DNA of 46,863 bases, taken from positions 58,451,774 through 58,498,636 of the forward strand of contig NC_068984.1 in the NCBI RefSeq assembly GCF_001194135.2, read 5' to 3'. The number at the start of each line of letters is the position of its first letter. Positions within the stretch are counted from its first letter, which is position 1. The DNA comes from Octopus bimaculoides. Lineage: Eukaryota. Under the pieces are notes generated by a model. The model was not told the origin of the DNA. It worked only from the letters and a program-made list of their open reading frames with translations, and did no database searches. The translations under genes were made by a program, and so were the position numbers. Positions 37,503-46,863 of this stretch are shown here, one piece after another.

Positions 37503-38599
37503 TAGATTCTCGAATTCTGCAGAGGGAATATTAGAGGGTTTTCAAAGATTTTTCTGAAGAGGTAGGGTTGGAGAAAGTATTTAGTTTCGGATCTGAAAAG
37601 TGATATACAATAGGAATGACGAGGAAAGGGAGAAATATTCGGTTGACCTTCTGGAAGGGATATGCTAGTAAGTTAATTCAGACGAGCAGATGCCTCTGCA
37701 ATAGCGAGAAGTGAAATGAAACATGTTTGAAAGTTGGTAAGCGAAATGTAGCTAATCAGTTGTACGTTTTGATCAGTTTTGGATGTTATATGAAATATTG
37801 TACGTATGTGTAACAGCAGTAAGTCACATAAATGTAAATCTTATACGAACTTCGGATGCATGGAGCAACAGGCGATCAGGACTAAAAGGATAGCTTAATC
37901 ATTGCAGGTTGGCAATGTGAGGTCTATGAGAGATCACCAGAAAGTCGTAAGGACTAATATTTTTTGTTCACTATTTTGAGGGTTTTAATAATATATTGTT
38001 GTCAAACGTGACCATCCCATCTGTTTGTACATTTTAAATTAATTTGTCCAGTGTTTCCTTCCTTTTCTTAAGATGTGACTAGATGGATATTTAGCTGCCA
38101 TTCCTAGATGATCGAGTGATCATGTAGAGCAGTCTCAAGGGTACGACCCGGAAACTTCATTTTTATGGTCCGCAGCAGAGCCATTTTTGTGGCCAATATT
38201 TTCCTAAAACTTGGTAATTTGTCCTTCATCCCTTCCATACTTCTGTAGCAGCACAACAGCAGCAGCAGTGTTAAACTTGACCTGCCAACTTAATGCGATA
38301 TGAAATATTGTATGTGTAACAGCACTAACTGTCACATAACGCCAATGTGAATCTTATACGGAAATGGTAAGAAGGGTACAGGTCAGTATCATCTCAATCA
38401 TTGAAGTCCCTACTCTCCATAAAACAATTTTGGTGAAAAATAAGCCAATAAGGCATATACAATATAATATGAAATATAATCTGTAGGAAAAAAATCATAA
38501 ATAAATGAAAAAATCCATAAATGGACGTATCATGGCCGTTTTAACACTTTTTAACGAGTAGTATCTGTGATTCCCGCGGAGTCAACCGAAATACCCATG

Positions 38600-39300
38600 T
38601 TATGTATCAATGTGGTCGTTTATATAGTGAACTGGAACATATATATGACTAAAGAAATTTTTAAACGCGTAATTTATAATAAAATTACACTGCTCTTAGA
38701 AAGAAAACATGACGCAAAATGGGCTTGATAGACGAAGTGTTAACGTTCTGAACTTGAAACTCGAAGGCTCAAAACAAGTTATAACAATGATGTATGATAG
38801 CGTGATGTCTTTCAAGTGTAAACAGCTTGCAGACAGGAAATTAGCTCACTTCACGGTTTTGCGGTCATTGTTGAGGGTTGAATTACAACGCTTGAATGAA
38901 TATGCAGATATAATTGTAAAACTACACTCAGAGTCTGAGCGACATTCTCAAGACAATTTAAGTTTGTGGCTACTACACTGACTGTGGATGTTAATACTGT
39001 TTCTGAGGAAATTCAAATGAAGTTAGTGGACTTCTGTGCGATGCCATGCTGAAGTAGAAATGTGCTGTGGGCGGTGTTTTTTTTATTAGTACCAGTTCTT
39101 TCAAAGTGAGAGATTTCTCAACTTGTTGGCTTCATCGTTGCAAATTCTGACCATATTTGGAAGCACATACATTTGAGTAGTTTTTCTCGATATTGAAAAT
39201 AAATAACTTCGAGTTACGCTCAAGACTGAGTATGGATTGAATTTAAAAATTAACGAAAAAGTTTTGGCAAAAGAAGTAACTAATATCATAGTTTAAAATT
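38600..39300 (+). mobile_element. hAT (Buster/Spin, GTF2IRD2-like) transposase remnant
   Basis: VLNLKLEGSKQVITMMYDSVMSFKCK..LAHF..L, VDVNTVSEEIQMKLVD and IFGSTYI*..F..I.NK resemble LNLKLQGK..I..MY..IKAFK, EELQMELIDLQ and FGSTYICEQFFS.LK of this family. Confidence 0.75.
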
Positions 39301-40991
39301 TAAGAATTTCTAAATTTACGAGTGCGCGTATGAATGCCAGGAGCTTAGTATTAAATTTAAAGCAATTTCAAAGTAAATTTATGGATTTTTAACTATGATG
39401 ATAAGACGTTATATTAAATGAAAGGTTGAACTGAGTTTTTTTCTTCTCTATTTCAATGTACTTCAAATTTTCAACAAAACCATTTCGACATAGCTTCTTC
39501 GTAATACATGAATACAACATCGTAATAGATGAATAAAACGGAATTAAAAGTTTAAAGAGGAATTAGAAATTGTACGAAATGGGGGAGATTACGTTAGACA
39601 TTATAAGAATATATTTAAATTCATTTGATGAAATAGCTGGAAAAAGAAAAAAATAATCATAAATTATGATATTCATTATACTAGAACGGAGATAGAAAAG
39701 GAAAGTATACATGTCGTGAGACGTAGCCTAACCGACACTGTGTACTACTCGTATCGCAAACCTAATGAAATTTCAAACTGTACCTATAAGCAATATAACC
39801 ATTTCAAGGTTAATAATCTGGTTAAAATATTTTTCTTAAACTTCATTCAAAAAAGAAAGATGCTCTGTAACATCCATGTGCGACAACAAAACTCTTAGCA
39901 GAACTGGTTTTGCTGTAAAAAAAAGGAAGTTTTTATGCGATCGGTAAGTCATAAAAAAAAGCACTTGGTTTAATCCTCCTCTCAATGAATTATCCACATC
40001 ATAATAGCTAAAATGTTGTTCGAATTGCTTCAGATATACGTTTGCCCCAGCATGAGAATTATATAAAATATTCAATAAAACAGCATTTAAAATCTCTTAC
40101 TCTTTCTAATTTTGCCTCATTAAATCTTTCTAAATTGAATCAGCTCAACACCAACCAAACTACACATATTTGTTTGAAATTGCATCAACACTATTACTTA
40201 GTTCTTTAATTGTAATTGTTTTGCTAAAGTATAGTATACCAATATGCCATACAAATCAATAACTCATCTGAAGTATGCATTAATTTTAGTTTAATCTATC
40301 GAAACCCTTAAACTTCATTTCAATACGCATACATTCTGGAATCCCCTCGGAAGAAACTTCATTTCGATTTCTAACAATATCTGAGACTCGGAGACTAAGA
40401 ATGAGCACTGAAACCTAAAATGAAGAAACATTTTCTCTAAAGCAAATTCATTCATCAGAAACAAATGAACTTGTGGTCTCTGCACAACTAAGAGCGACAA
40501 AAACATTTTTGTCAAAGTTCTACCAACACTCTTCTACACAAGAAAAAAAAAAAAAAAAAAAAGAGAGATAAACGCCCAGAAAGAATTCCGTCTTACCAAC
40601 ATAAAATGCTAAAGTTCTTTTTCAAATGTAAACAGCATTGTAGTCACTCTGACCTACTGTGTAACTATTTTAACTACCAACACTGTTAGGCAGCTCCCAA
40701 CAAGAACTCACAAAGTATGTATTTTTCTTAACGCCATTTATGATCTCAAGGAGCATTTTTGACCTCATACATTCCCAAATAGGTAATCTAATATTGTAAT
40801 CTCACACTCCAAACACATTAATGACACCCTCCCATTCTAGATCCCATCTGTACTTTCTGTCTCCATTTTTCATTGATTGGTGCAGGCATAACTGTATGGC
40901 TAAGAAGCTCACTTTGCAACCGCGTAATTTCGGAGTCAGCCCCACTGCGTGGCACCCGAGCCTTGTGAATGAATTTGGTTGACGGAAAGCT

Positions 40992-41019
<28 letters not shown>

Positions 41020-41023
<4 letters not shown>

Positions 41024-41225
41024 TGTCTTTGTGTCTGTGCTTGTCACCCCTCCTCGACAATCAATGTTAGTTAGCTTACGTCCCCGTTACTTAATAATTC
41101 AGTAAAAGGGTTCGATAAAATAAGTACTAGACTTATAAAAAATAAGTACTGGGATTTGTTTGACTAAACTCTTCAAGCGGTTCCCCAGCAAGTTTGCAGT
41201 CCAATGACTGAAACAAATAAAATAT
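41020..41225 (+). mobile_element. SINE family C segment after a (GT/GCGT) tract
   Basis: TGTCACCCCTCCTCGACAATC..TACGTCCCCGTTAC..AAATAAGTACTAGAC..CAGTCCAATGACTGAAACAAATAAAA. Confidence 0.75.
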
Positions 41226-41399
41226 CCTTTACTTCACTAAGTTAATCCTACGACTCTGTTCAGACATTTAAATGTATTTCTAACTTTTATTCCTTCCGTA
41301 TTTGTATTATTTATTAATGTATAAAGCCCTCATTTAGTATTTCACATATTCAGCAGATACCCTGCTCACTACATTTTTCTTTGTGTATGTGTGTTTATT

Positions 41400-42900
41400 T
41401 GCTGAGTTTGAAGGAAGGAGCAGTATCCATGATCTTTGAGGCCCTCACTGACTGGTTTACTTGTTGCTGTAATAATTCCGTTTAAACTCGTATCTTTCCT
41501 GTAGGTCAACAACTTCAGAAAGAAGATTCTTCCTGCATGAATCGGAAGAAGATTCGAGAGAACCGATGTCCTGAAGAGGGAAACTAGACAAAGTGGTCAG
41601 TGCAGAGTCGAGGAGTTGGACGAAACAAGGGTGACGAGAGGGGAGACATAAGTGCTTTGTGGTGTCTGAACGGTAGAGGTGCGAAACCAACCAGCTCTGA
41701 GGAACAGAGGACATTATAGTAGCGATAAAATGACTGAGAAAGGACACAATACACCTGTGGTCCAGAAATTAGAGGAGTGTGTCTATTAATGATTGAATGC
41801 CTGTCAATCAAAGGGCCCTATTCCAGGTGCGGTCCAGGATGTGGTTTGTAGCAGCGGGACCGTTCCAGATGTGAGTGCAATGCTTCTTTGTGAGCCCCAC
41901 TTGAACCTTACAGAGTGTCAGCAACTGTTGGGCACTGAAGAGAAAGGCCAATTTTGAGGATGCGGCCCTAGCTAAGCTAAGAATGTACTTTCGTCAAGAG
42001 AGATCTTCAGTAATAGTGTGACTCTGCACTTGGAGTAACCATGGGAACACTGAGTAGCACTCATTAGTAGTGGTGGTGTGGGCTGTCGTGTAATGTTATT
42101 TTCTTGATATGAGTAGTTCCTAACTTTTCCTTTTTCTGTTTTCTCTGTTAAAGGAGCCAAAGTTGGTGTAGCCCACTGAAAAATGTTCTCAATGTCTTCA
42201 TTCATAAAATCAGTGCAAGTTTGGTGTGTGATATGTAGGTTGGGTGTGAATGATGCACGGTCCGTTAAAGTTAGGGAGAAAAGAAGGATTGTGTACTAAC
42301 ACAATCCTTCTTTTCTCCCTAACTGCATAAGAATGGGCATTTTGAATTTGGTGGTGAGTTGATCATTGATGTATAGAAGGAAGAGAGTGGAAGACAAAAT
42401 CGAACCCCAGATAACTCCAGAATTGACTGAAATTGGCATAGAAAGAGTTCTGTCATCACGAGTCGCTATGACGCGATCTGATAAAAAGCTAACGACCCAG
42501 GAGAAGAGAAACAGCTGAAGCCTATAGGTGGAAAGATTCGATGGGAATCTTTATAGCCGAAGGCCGAAGGCTTTGCTGATGTCTAAAGCAACAATATTGC
42601 TTTCACCTAACGTGTCTAAAGTGAGAACCCACTGGTGAGTGACATAAGAGAATAGATCTCCAGTGGATCTTGGCTCCACAGAAGCTGTATTGATGGTCAC
42701 TGAGGGGAGAGAAGGGAAGGAGAGAAGGGGAGAGAGAAGAGGAAAGAGAGGAAGAGGGAGGAGGAGCAGAGAGAAAGACGAAGAGAGAGAGAGAGAGGAA
42801 AAGAGGAAAGAAAGAGAAGTATTCTGGGTTGATGACTGTCTTCGCTAACTTAGAGATGTTAGAAGCAAAAGGAATAAAACGATAGTTGGCTGGATTAGGG
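41400..42900 (-). mobile_element. Decayed L2/CR1-like (jockey-annotated type) LINE RT and 3' end, with a purine microsatellite at 42700-42820
   Basis: Minus strand NPANYRFI..SNISKL..IN, LSDHQYSF..HWRSILL, LDISKAF, GVRFC..LFLLYIND, and later SHIW..LLQT, KA..LI..PL, PLSLYR motifs of the RT and C terminus. Confidence 0.8.
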
Positions 42901-43949
42901 GGTTGCCTTTCTTTGGAAAGGAACACACTAAAGTATTTATGTATGAGTGTGTGTGTGTGTGAGAAAGAGTCTGAATCGAGATTCTTTGAAAAGTCAATCA
43001 CTGAACAATTTACAGGCCTGAGAGTGGAGAAAGGTGCAAAAAGGAGGCTGTTGTAGTATTTGCAGTAAAGAAGACCAAAGTCACAAGATTGAAGAGCTCA
43101 TGTTTAAGAGAACAATCAAGCGTTGGCATAACTCGAAATCGAGCTGCTGCCCTCATATGTTTGTATATGTTTATGTACATGCATTTTTATGTATATTCCT
43201 TTCTGAAACATATATGCCATATTCAAGGATATCAATTTCATGTATATTTTGGCATCTTTAAGTACTTTGGAAATGCATTCTACATTTAATTTTGTTCCGC
43301 TGTTTTAATTTTATTGCTTTATACAACTACATCAATACAACTAGATGAATTGGCACATTAATGGATTTCTTTATCGAGACATATTCACATATATGTCTTT
43401 TACATGAGTGTTTTAACAATTGTGCATACTTTGCTTTCAATTTCTTTACTTTTCTCGTTTATAATACTTTTTCTCCTGTTTTACCCGAAGCAAAATCTTA
43501 CGTTAAAAACAAAAGGCCTTACAAACCTTATCGGTAATCTGCCTTGGTAAAATCACTTTTCGAAGTAGCTCTCCAATAGTTAACACCATACCTTCGTTTT
43601 GTCACTATTTTCCAAGCTTAAGTGGATATTTTTTACTCTATTTTTCAGTATTTACTCACGTATTTTCTAATCGTTTAATTTAATGACTACGTATTAAATT
43701 TACTTAATTTAAATTCTGATATCATCTTCAGTTTATACCGTTATCTAATTCTTTGACTTAACTAAGCTAGAATAAATTTATAATACTATTCCGACTCATG
43801 AAGGTTCCTTAACAGTTATAATTTAATGAATACTATTCTGACTTCATTACAACTAATCCACGGCAAACTTAACATTCTTATAATGTCTATTGTGTAACGC
43901 CACGACTTCGTATAACGTCACAACTTCACAACTTTTTGGTATTCTAACT

Positions 43950-44450
43950 AGATTTTATAGTCCACAAATACACTAATGTATTTCACTGTCACTCACATTA
44001 AAAGCTATTGATTTAAGCTTGAGCGATCAAAATTATTAGCACATCGTAAATTTAGGTACGCTGAATGCTTAAATTGTTGTATGAGCTATCTTCTTTATAT
44101 ATCAACCAAAAGTCTCTCGTTCTTTATAAAAAATCCAAGTATGTAACCAAACTATTCGCCGTTAGCCTTTATGGTAATAAAGAATTCATCTCTCATTATC
44201 TCTTCATACAACTAAAATTCGTAATGTCCGTCAACAAATTCGAAGTTCAGACGTTGAACGTAGTTGGACAGCAATTGCGAGAAATTTGCTTCTCTCATCG
44301 ACAGCCAAATGTTGGATGTTAACGCGCTGAAAGCCAGAATAAATTTTATATCAATGCTTAAGTTACAGAAATAAATAAATTAGCAAAATTAAATGTAAAA
44401 AAGTATGTTTGTACGTGTTACGTCGCCAATTTCGCCGGGCAAATTTATTG
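43950..44450 (+). mobile_element. Helitron RepHel helicase C-terminal remnant
   Basis: FVMSVNKFEVQTLNVVGQQLREICFSHRQPNVGC*R resembles the PIF1-like motif FAMTINKSQGQTL..VG..L.EPCFSHGQLYV.CSR. A degenerate GC hairpin follows at about 44420-44440. Confidence 0.7.
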
Positions 44451-44890
44451 CTTGATGAAAGCTGCATCTCAAAATTTGCTGTAGCGCTCTACAAGGATTC
44501 AACTGAAGCTCGCTTTGCAACCACATGGTTTCGGATTCAGTCCCGAAAGTGACTTTTACTAACACCCCGGATGCGAAATTTTTTTCCCACCACAGTTCTG
44601 GACCCCAGTAATGAACTCATTCACATACACCTAATCAGAGCTCTCCTTGACCTTGTCAAGTTAACAAACACAATCTACAAAGTAAACTCAAGACAAAGAA
44701 CGGTATTGTAAGTCGACCGATTTTAAAAGGAGACAAGTTATTAGAAAGTTTTGCATCTATACCTATTATCGGATTTTGTTAGGGCCCTATATGGTAATGA
44801 TGTAGACGGGAAAAATGTGGGTAGAGGTTGATGTTCTAGCAACCCTCTCCCCTTTTGTATAGTTCTGCAAATTATATTGATTCTAGAACG

Positions 44891-44960
44891 GTTGTGCTGA
44901 CGAGAACACGGATGTTGTTACGTAAGTAAAACGTTAATATTCGAAACTGCAGTACACAAC
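44891..44960 (+). ncRNA. Minimal type I hammerhead ribozyme (family H2), apparently intact
   Basis: GTTGTG CTGACGA GAA-[spacer with ACGT/ACGT hairpin]-TTC GAAA CTGCAG TA CACAAC. Perfect 6-bp stem I, extended by AGAA/TTCT across an internal loop. Intact core, GAA/TTC stem II base, palindromic ACTGCAGT stem III, GUA cut predicted after 44954. Confidence 0.88.
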
Positions 44961-45227
44961 TAATTCTTTATTCTGCATATTTCTATTTTGGCTTGTTCTG
45001 GTGTTTTGCGAAGTTTTTTCTGTAGAACATTATTTTTCTTTGTGGTCGGGTCGTTGATGACCTCTTTCTAGCATATTGGATGTCCACCTAGTGGTCATCC
45101 CTTATACACGTGTAATACAATTTTTTCTGAATTTTCAGATTTTTTTATATGCTAGGCCACTTGGTTTTAAATTGAATTAACATTCAATTTATCACCCTAC
45201 CTATATATATCTATATATATATATATA

Positions 45228-45368
45228 GCTTGCTTACCAGCCACATGGTTTCGGGTTCAGTCCCACTGCGTGGCACCTTGGGAAAATGTCTTCTACTATA
45301 CCCTCGGGTCGATCAAAGCCTCTTGTAAGTGGATTTAGTAGACAGAAACTGAAAGAAGCCCGTCATAT
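45228..45368 (+). mobile_element. SINE family B head (young-looking)
   Basis: GCTTGCTTACCAGCCACATGGTTTCGGGTTCAGTCCCACTGCGTGGCACCTTGGG..GAAACTGAAAGAAGCCCGTC. Confidence 0.85.
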
Positions 45369-45379
45369 ATATATCTTAA

Positions 45380-45569
45380 AGAAGTGATTTTAAATTCTCA
45401 AACGCAGGATAATGCTAATAATGCTATAGCCTGAACAAGATAAGCTACCCCTATTTTGCAGAAAAAAGTGTTGGCCGCCAACACTTTTTTCTGCAAAATA
45501 GGGGTAGTTTATCCTGTTCAGGCTATATTATTAGCATTATCCTGCGTTTGAGAATTCAAAATCACTTCA
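45380..45569. mobile_element. Near-perfect 190-bp palindromic MITE flanked by TTAA
   Basis: Arms 45381-45475 and 45477-45568 differ by 3 substitutions and one 3-nt indel. TTAA at 45376-45379 and 45570-45573. Confidence 0.85.
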
Positions 45570-45721
45570 TTAACTTTCTAAGACATCTCAACGCTTCTAA
45601 AAGCAAACTTCGTTTGATTGTTTTCGTTCATCGTAATTTGTATATATATATATATATACATAAGTTAACAGAATGAAATAAAAATTCATGGCTGTAAAGA
45701 TTTCAGAACCTTTATAAATAG

Positions 45722-45769
45722 TTCTTACAGCTGTTTCCGGCATATTTTATACATCCCTTCATCGGAGAC
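45722..45769 (-). ncRNA. Variant-core minimal hammerhead motif (family H3, copy 2)
   Basis: Minus strand: GTCT CCGATGA AGGGATG tataaaatatg CCG GAAA CAGCTG TA AGAA. Flanking about 130 bp is homologous to 12770-12900. Confidence 0.65.
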
Positions 45770-45894
45770 GGTATGAGAAAATGGTTAAGCAATAGTTATT
45801 CTAGATAAGATATGAAATAGAGAGTGAAGTGGAGGAATGAAAATAGACGTATGATATGCAGGGATATTGTATCTTCAGTTCCATTATTTAGTTC

Positions 45895-46112
45895 CATGTG
45901 TGTGTGTGTCTGTCTGTGTTTGTCACCCCACTATCGCTTGACAACTGATGCTGGTGTATTTGCGTCCCTGTAACTTAGCAGTTCAGCAAAAGATGCCAAT
46001 AGAATAATTACTAAGCTTACAAAGAATGAGTCCTGGGGTCGATTTGTTCGACTAAAGGCAGTGCTTCAGCATGACCGCAGTCAAATGACTGAAACAAACA
46101 AAAGAACAAAAG
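45895..46112 (+). mobile_element. SINE family C segment
   Basis: TGTCACCCCACTATCGCTTGACAACTGATGCTGG..AAGAATGAGTCCTGGGGTCGATTTGTTCGACTAAAGGC..CAGTCAAATGACTGAAAC. Confidence 0.85.
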
Positions 46113-46135
46113 AATATATGTATACATATATATAT

Positions 46136-46316
46136 TGTTGTGTCCGGGGAGAGTCATTCCCTTTTAGTGCCTTATTATTTAACACACTCACCGGTTAAGT
46201 TTCCATTCATTTACTTATTTACAGGGAAAATAAATAAGTAAATGAGTAGGAACTTTACCGGTGAGTGTGTTAAATAATAAGGCACTAAAAAAGAATGACT
46301 CTCCCCAGACACAACA
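46136..46316. mobile_element. 181-bp fold-back element with TGT...ACA termini
   Basis: 86-nt arms (46136-46221 and 46231-46316), about 7 mismatches, 9-nt loop CAGGGAAAA. Confidence 0.85.
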
Positions 46317-46442
46317 TGCTTCAACACACGAAGTCACATAAAGAATCTTGCAAACCAAATCCCAAAACGAAATATATATTTAGTTGAAAGTGGGTTATAC
46401 ATCTTTAAATGTATACCTGACTTTCCTACTATAAAATTAGAA

Positions 46443-46863
46443 TATAACGGAACGCTGAACTCCAGACTATCAACTTAAACAACACTTTATTCAGGTGGAA
46501 AATATATACATCTTTGGTTCTTGTTGTTACAGCTTCTGTGTGTATGAGCATAGTTGTTGGAACGTTGTTCTGTAGTTGTAAGCGAGCTGTCGAGTGTAAG
46601 CCCGAAAGGTGTAGAGCGACAGCTTAACACGTAAAGAGACTGTCTCCAGGTTGGAGTATTAGAGACACTCTTGACACTTCCGTGCTCATGGTCGGCCGAC
46701 CGTAAAAGAGAAAGATTAAAGCGGGAACGCTTGCTTGTTTAATTCCACGCATGCGCACGGCGTTACTACAGCGCTCCCTCGCCAGTGCGAGAAACGCACG
46801 ATAAATGAAATCTGTTAGAACGCCTGAGGCAGGATGGCCACTGAAAACCACCCACAAGATGTG
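46443..46863 (-). mobile_element. Possible LTR (truncated by window edge), or a CpG-rich regulatory region
   Basis: TATAACGG at the left boundary resembles a TGTAAC LTR terminus. AATAAA on the minus strand lies about 45 bp inside, and GC/CpG content rises sharply. No PBS recognised. Confidence 0.35.

Noticed and set aside
40380-40460. CTGATGA on the minus strand near 40453
   Set aside because: No stem II closing pair, and no GAAA/stem III/stem I arrangement at suitable spacing.
46580-46650. Twister-like fragments (AAGCCC, GAG, TAACAC)
   Set aside because: I could not build the P4 stem or both pseudoknots on either strand; kept only as a generic hairpin.
1-46863. CRISPR arrays, rRNA or prokaryotic/viral systems
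   Set aside because: No regularly spaced repeat-spacer units or such genes seen; the window is eukaryotic intronic and intergenic DNA.

Overview
AT-rich, repeat-dense animal genomic DNA with three N gaps. The tRNA-derived SINE, RTE and microsatellite landscape resembles octopus/coleoid cephalopod DNA; that assignment is inferred from recalled repeat families, not from a search. One host gene lies on the minus strand. Its first three coding exons (31539-30127, 14273-14123, 5725-5613) join in frame with GT-AG boundaries and encode a SAMD1-like winged-helix domain, a long low-complexity linker, an RGRP/NLS patch and a KAT6/DPF-type double PHD finger that runs off the left edge. The introns and upstream region hold two decayed Penelope-like elements (Naiad-type RT + GIY-YIG), LINE fragments (L1/Tx1, RTE, L2/CR1-like), a Tigger transposon with both TIRs, hAT and Helitron remnants, TTAA MITEs, fold-back palindromes and many SINEs. 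The most notable result from reading the sequence is four minimal type I hammerhead ribozyme motifs from three short non-coding element families. Two have intact cores (24388-24455 +, 44891-44960 +) and two have variant cores (12832-12879 -, 45722-45769 -). All have a palindromic or near-palindromic mini stem III and a GUA cleavage triplet. Coordinates for SINEs and decayed elements are approximate.
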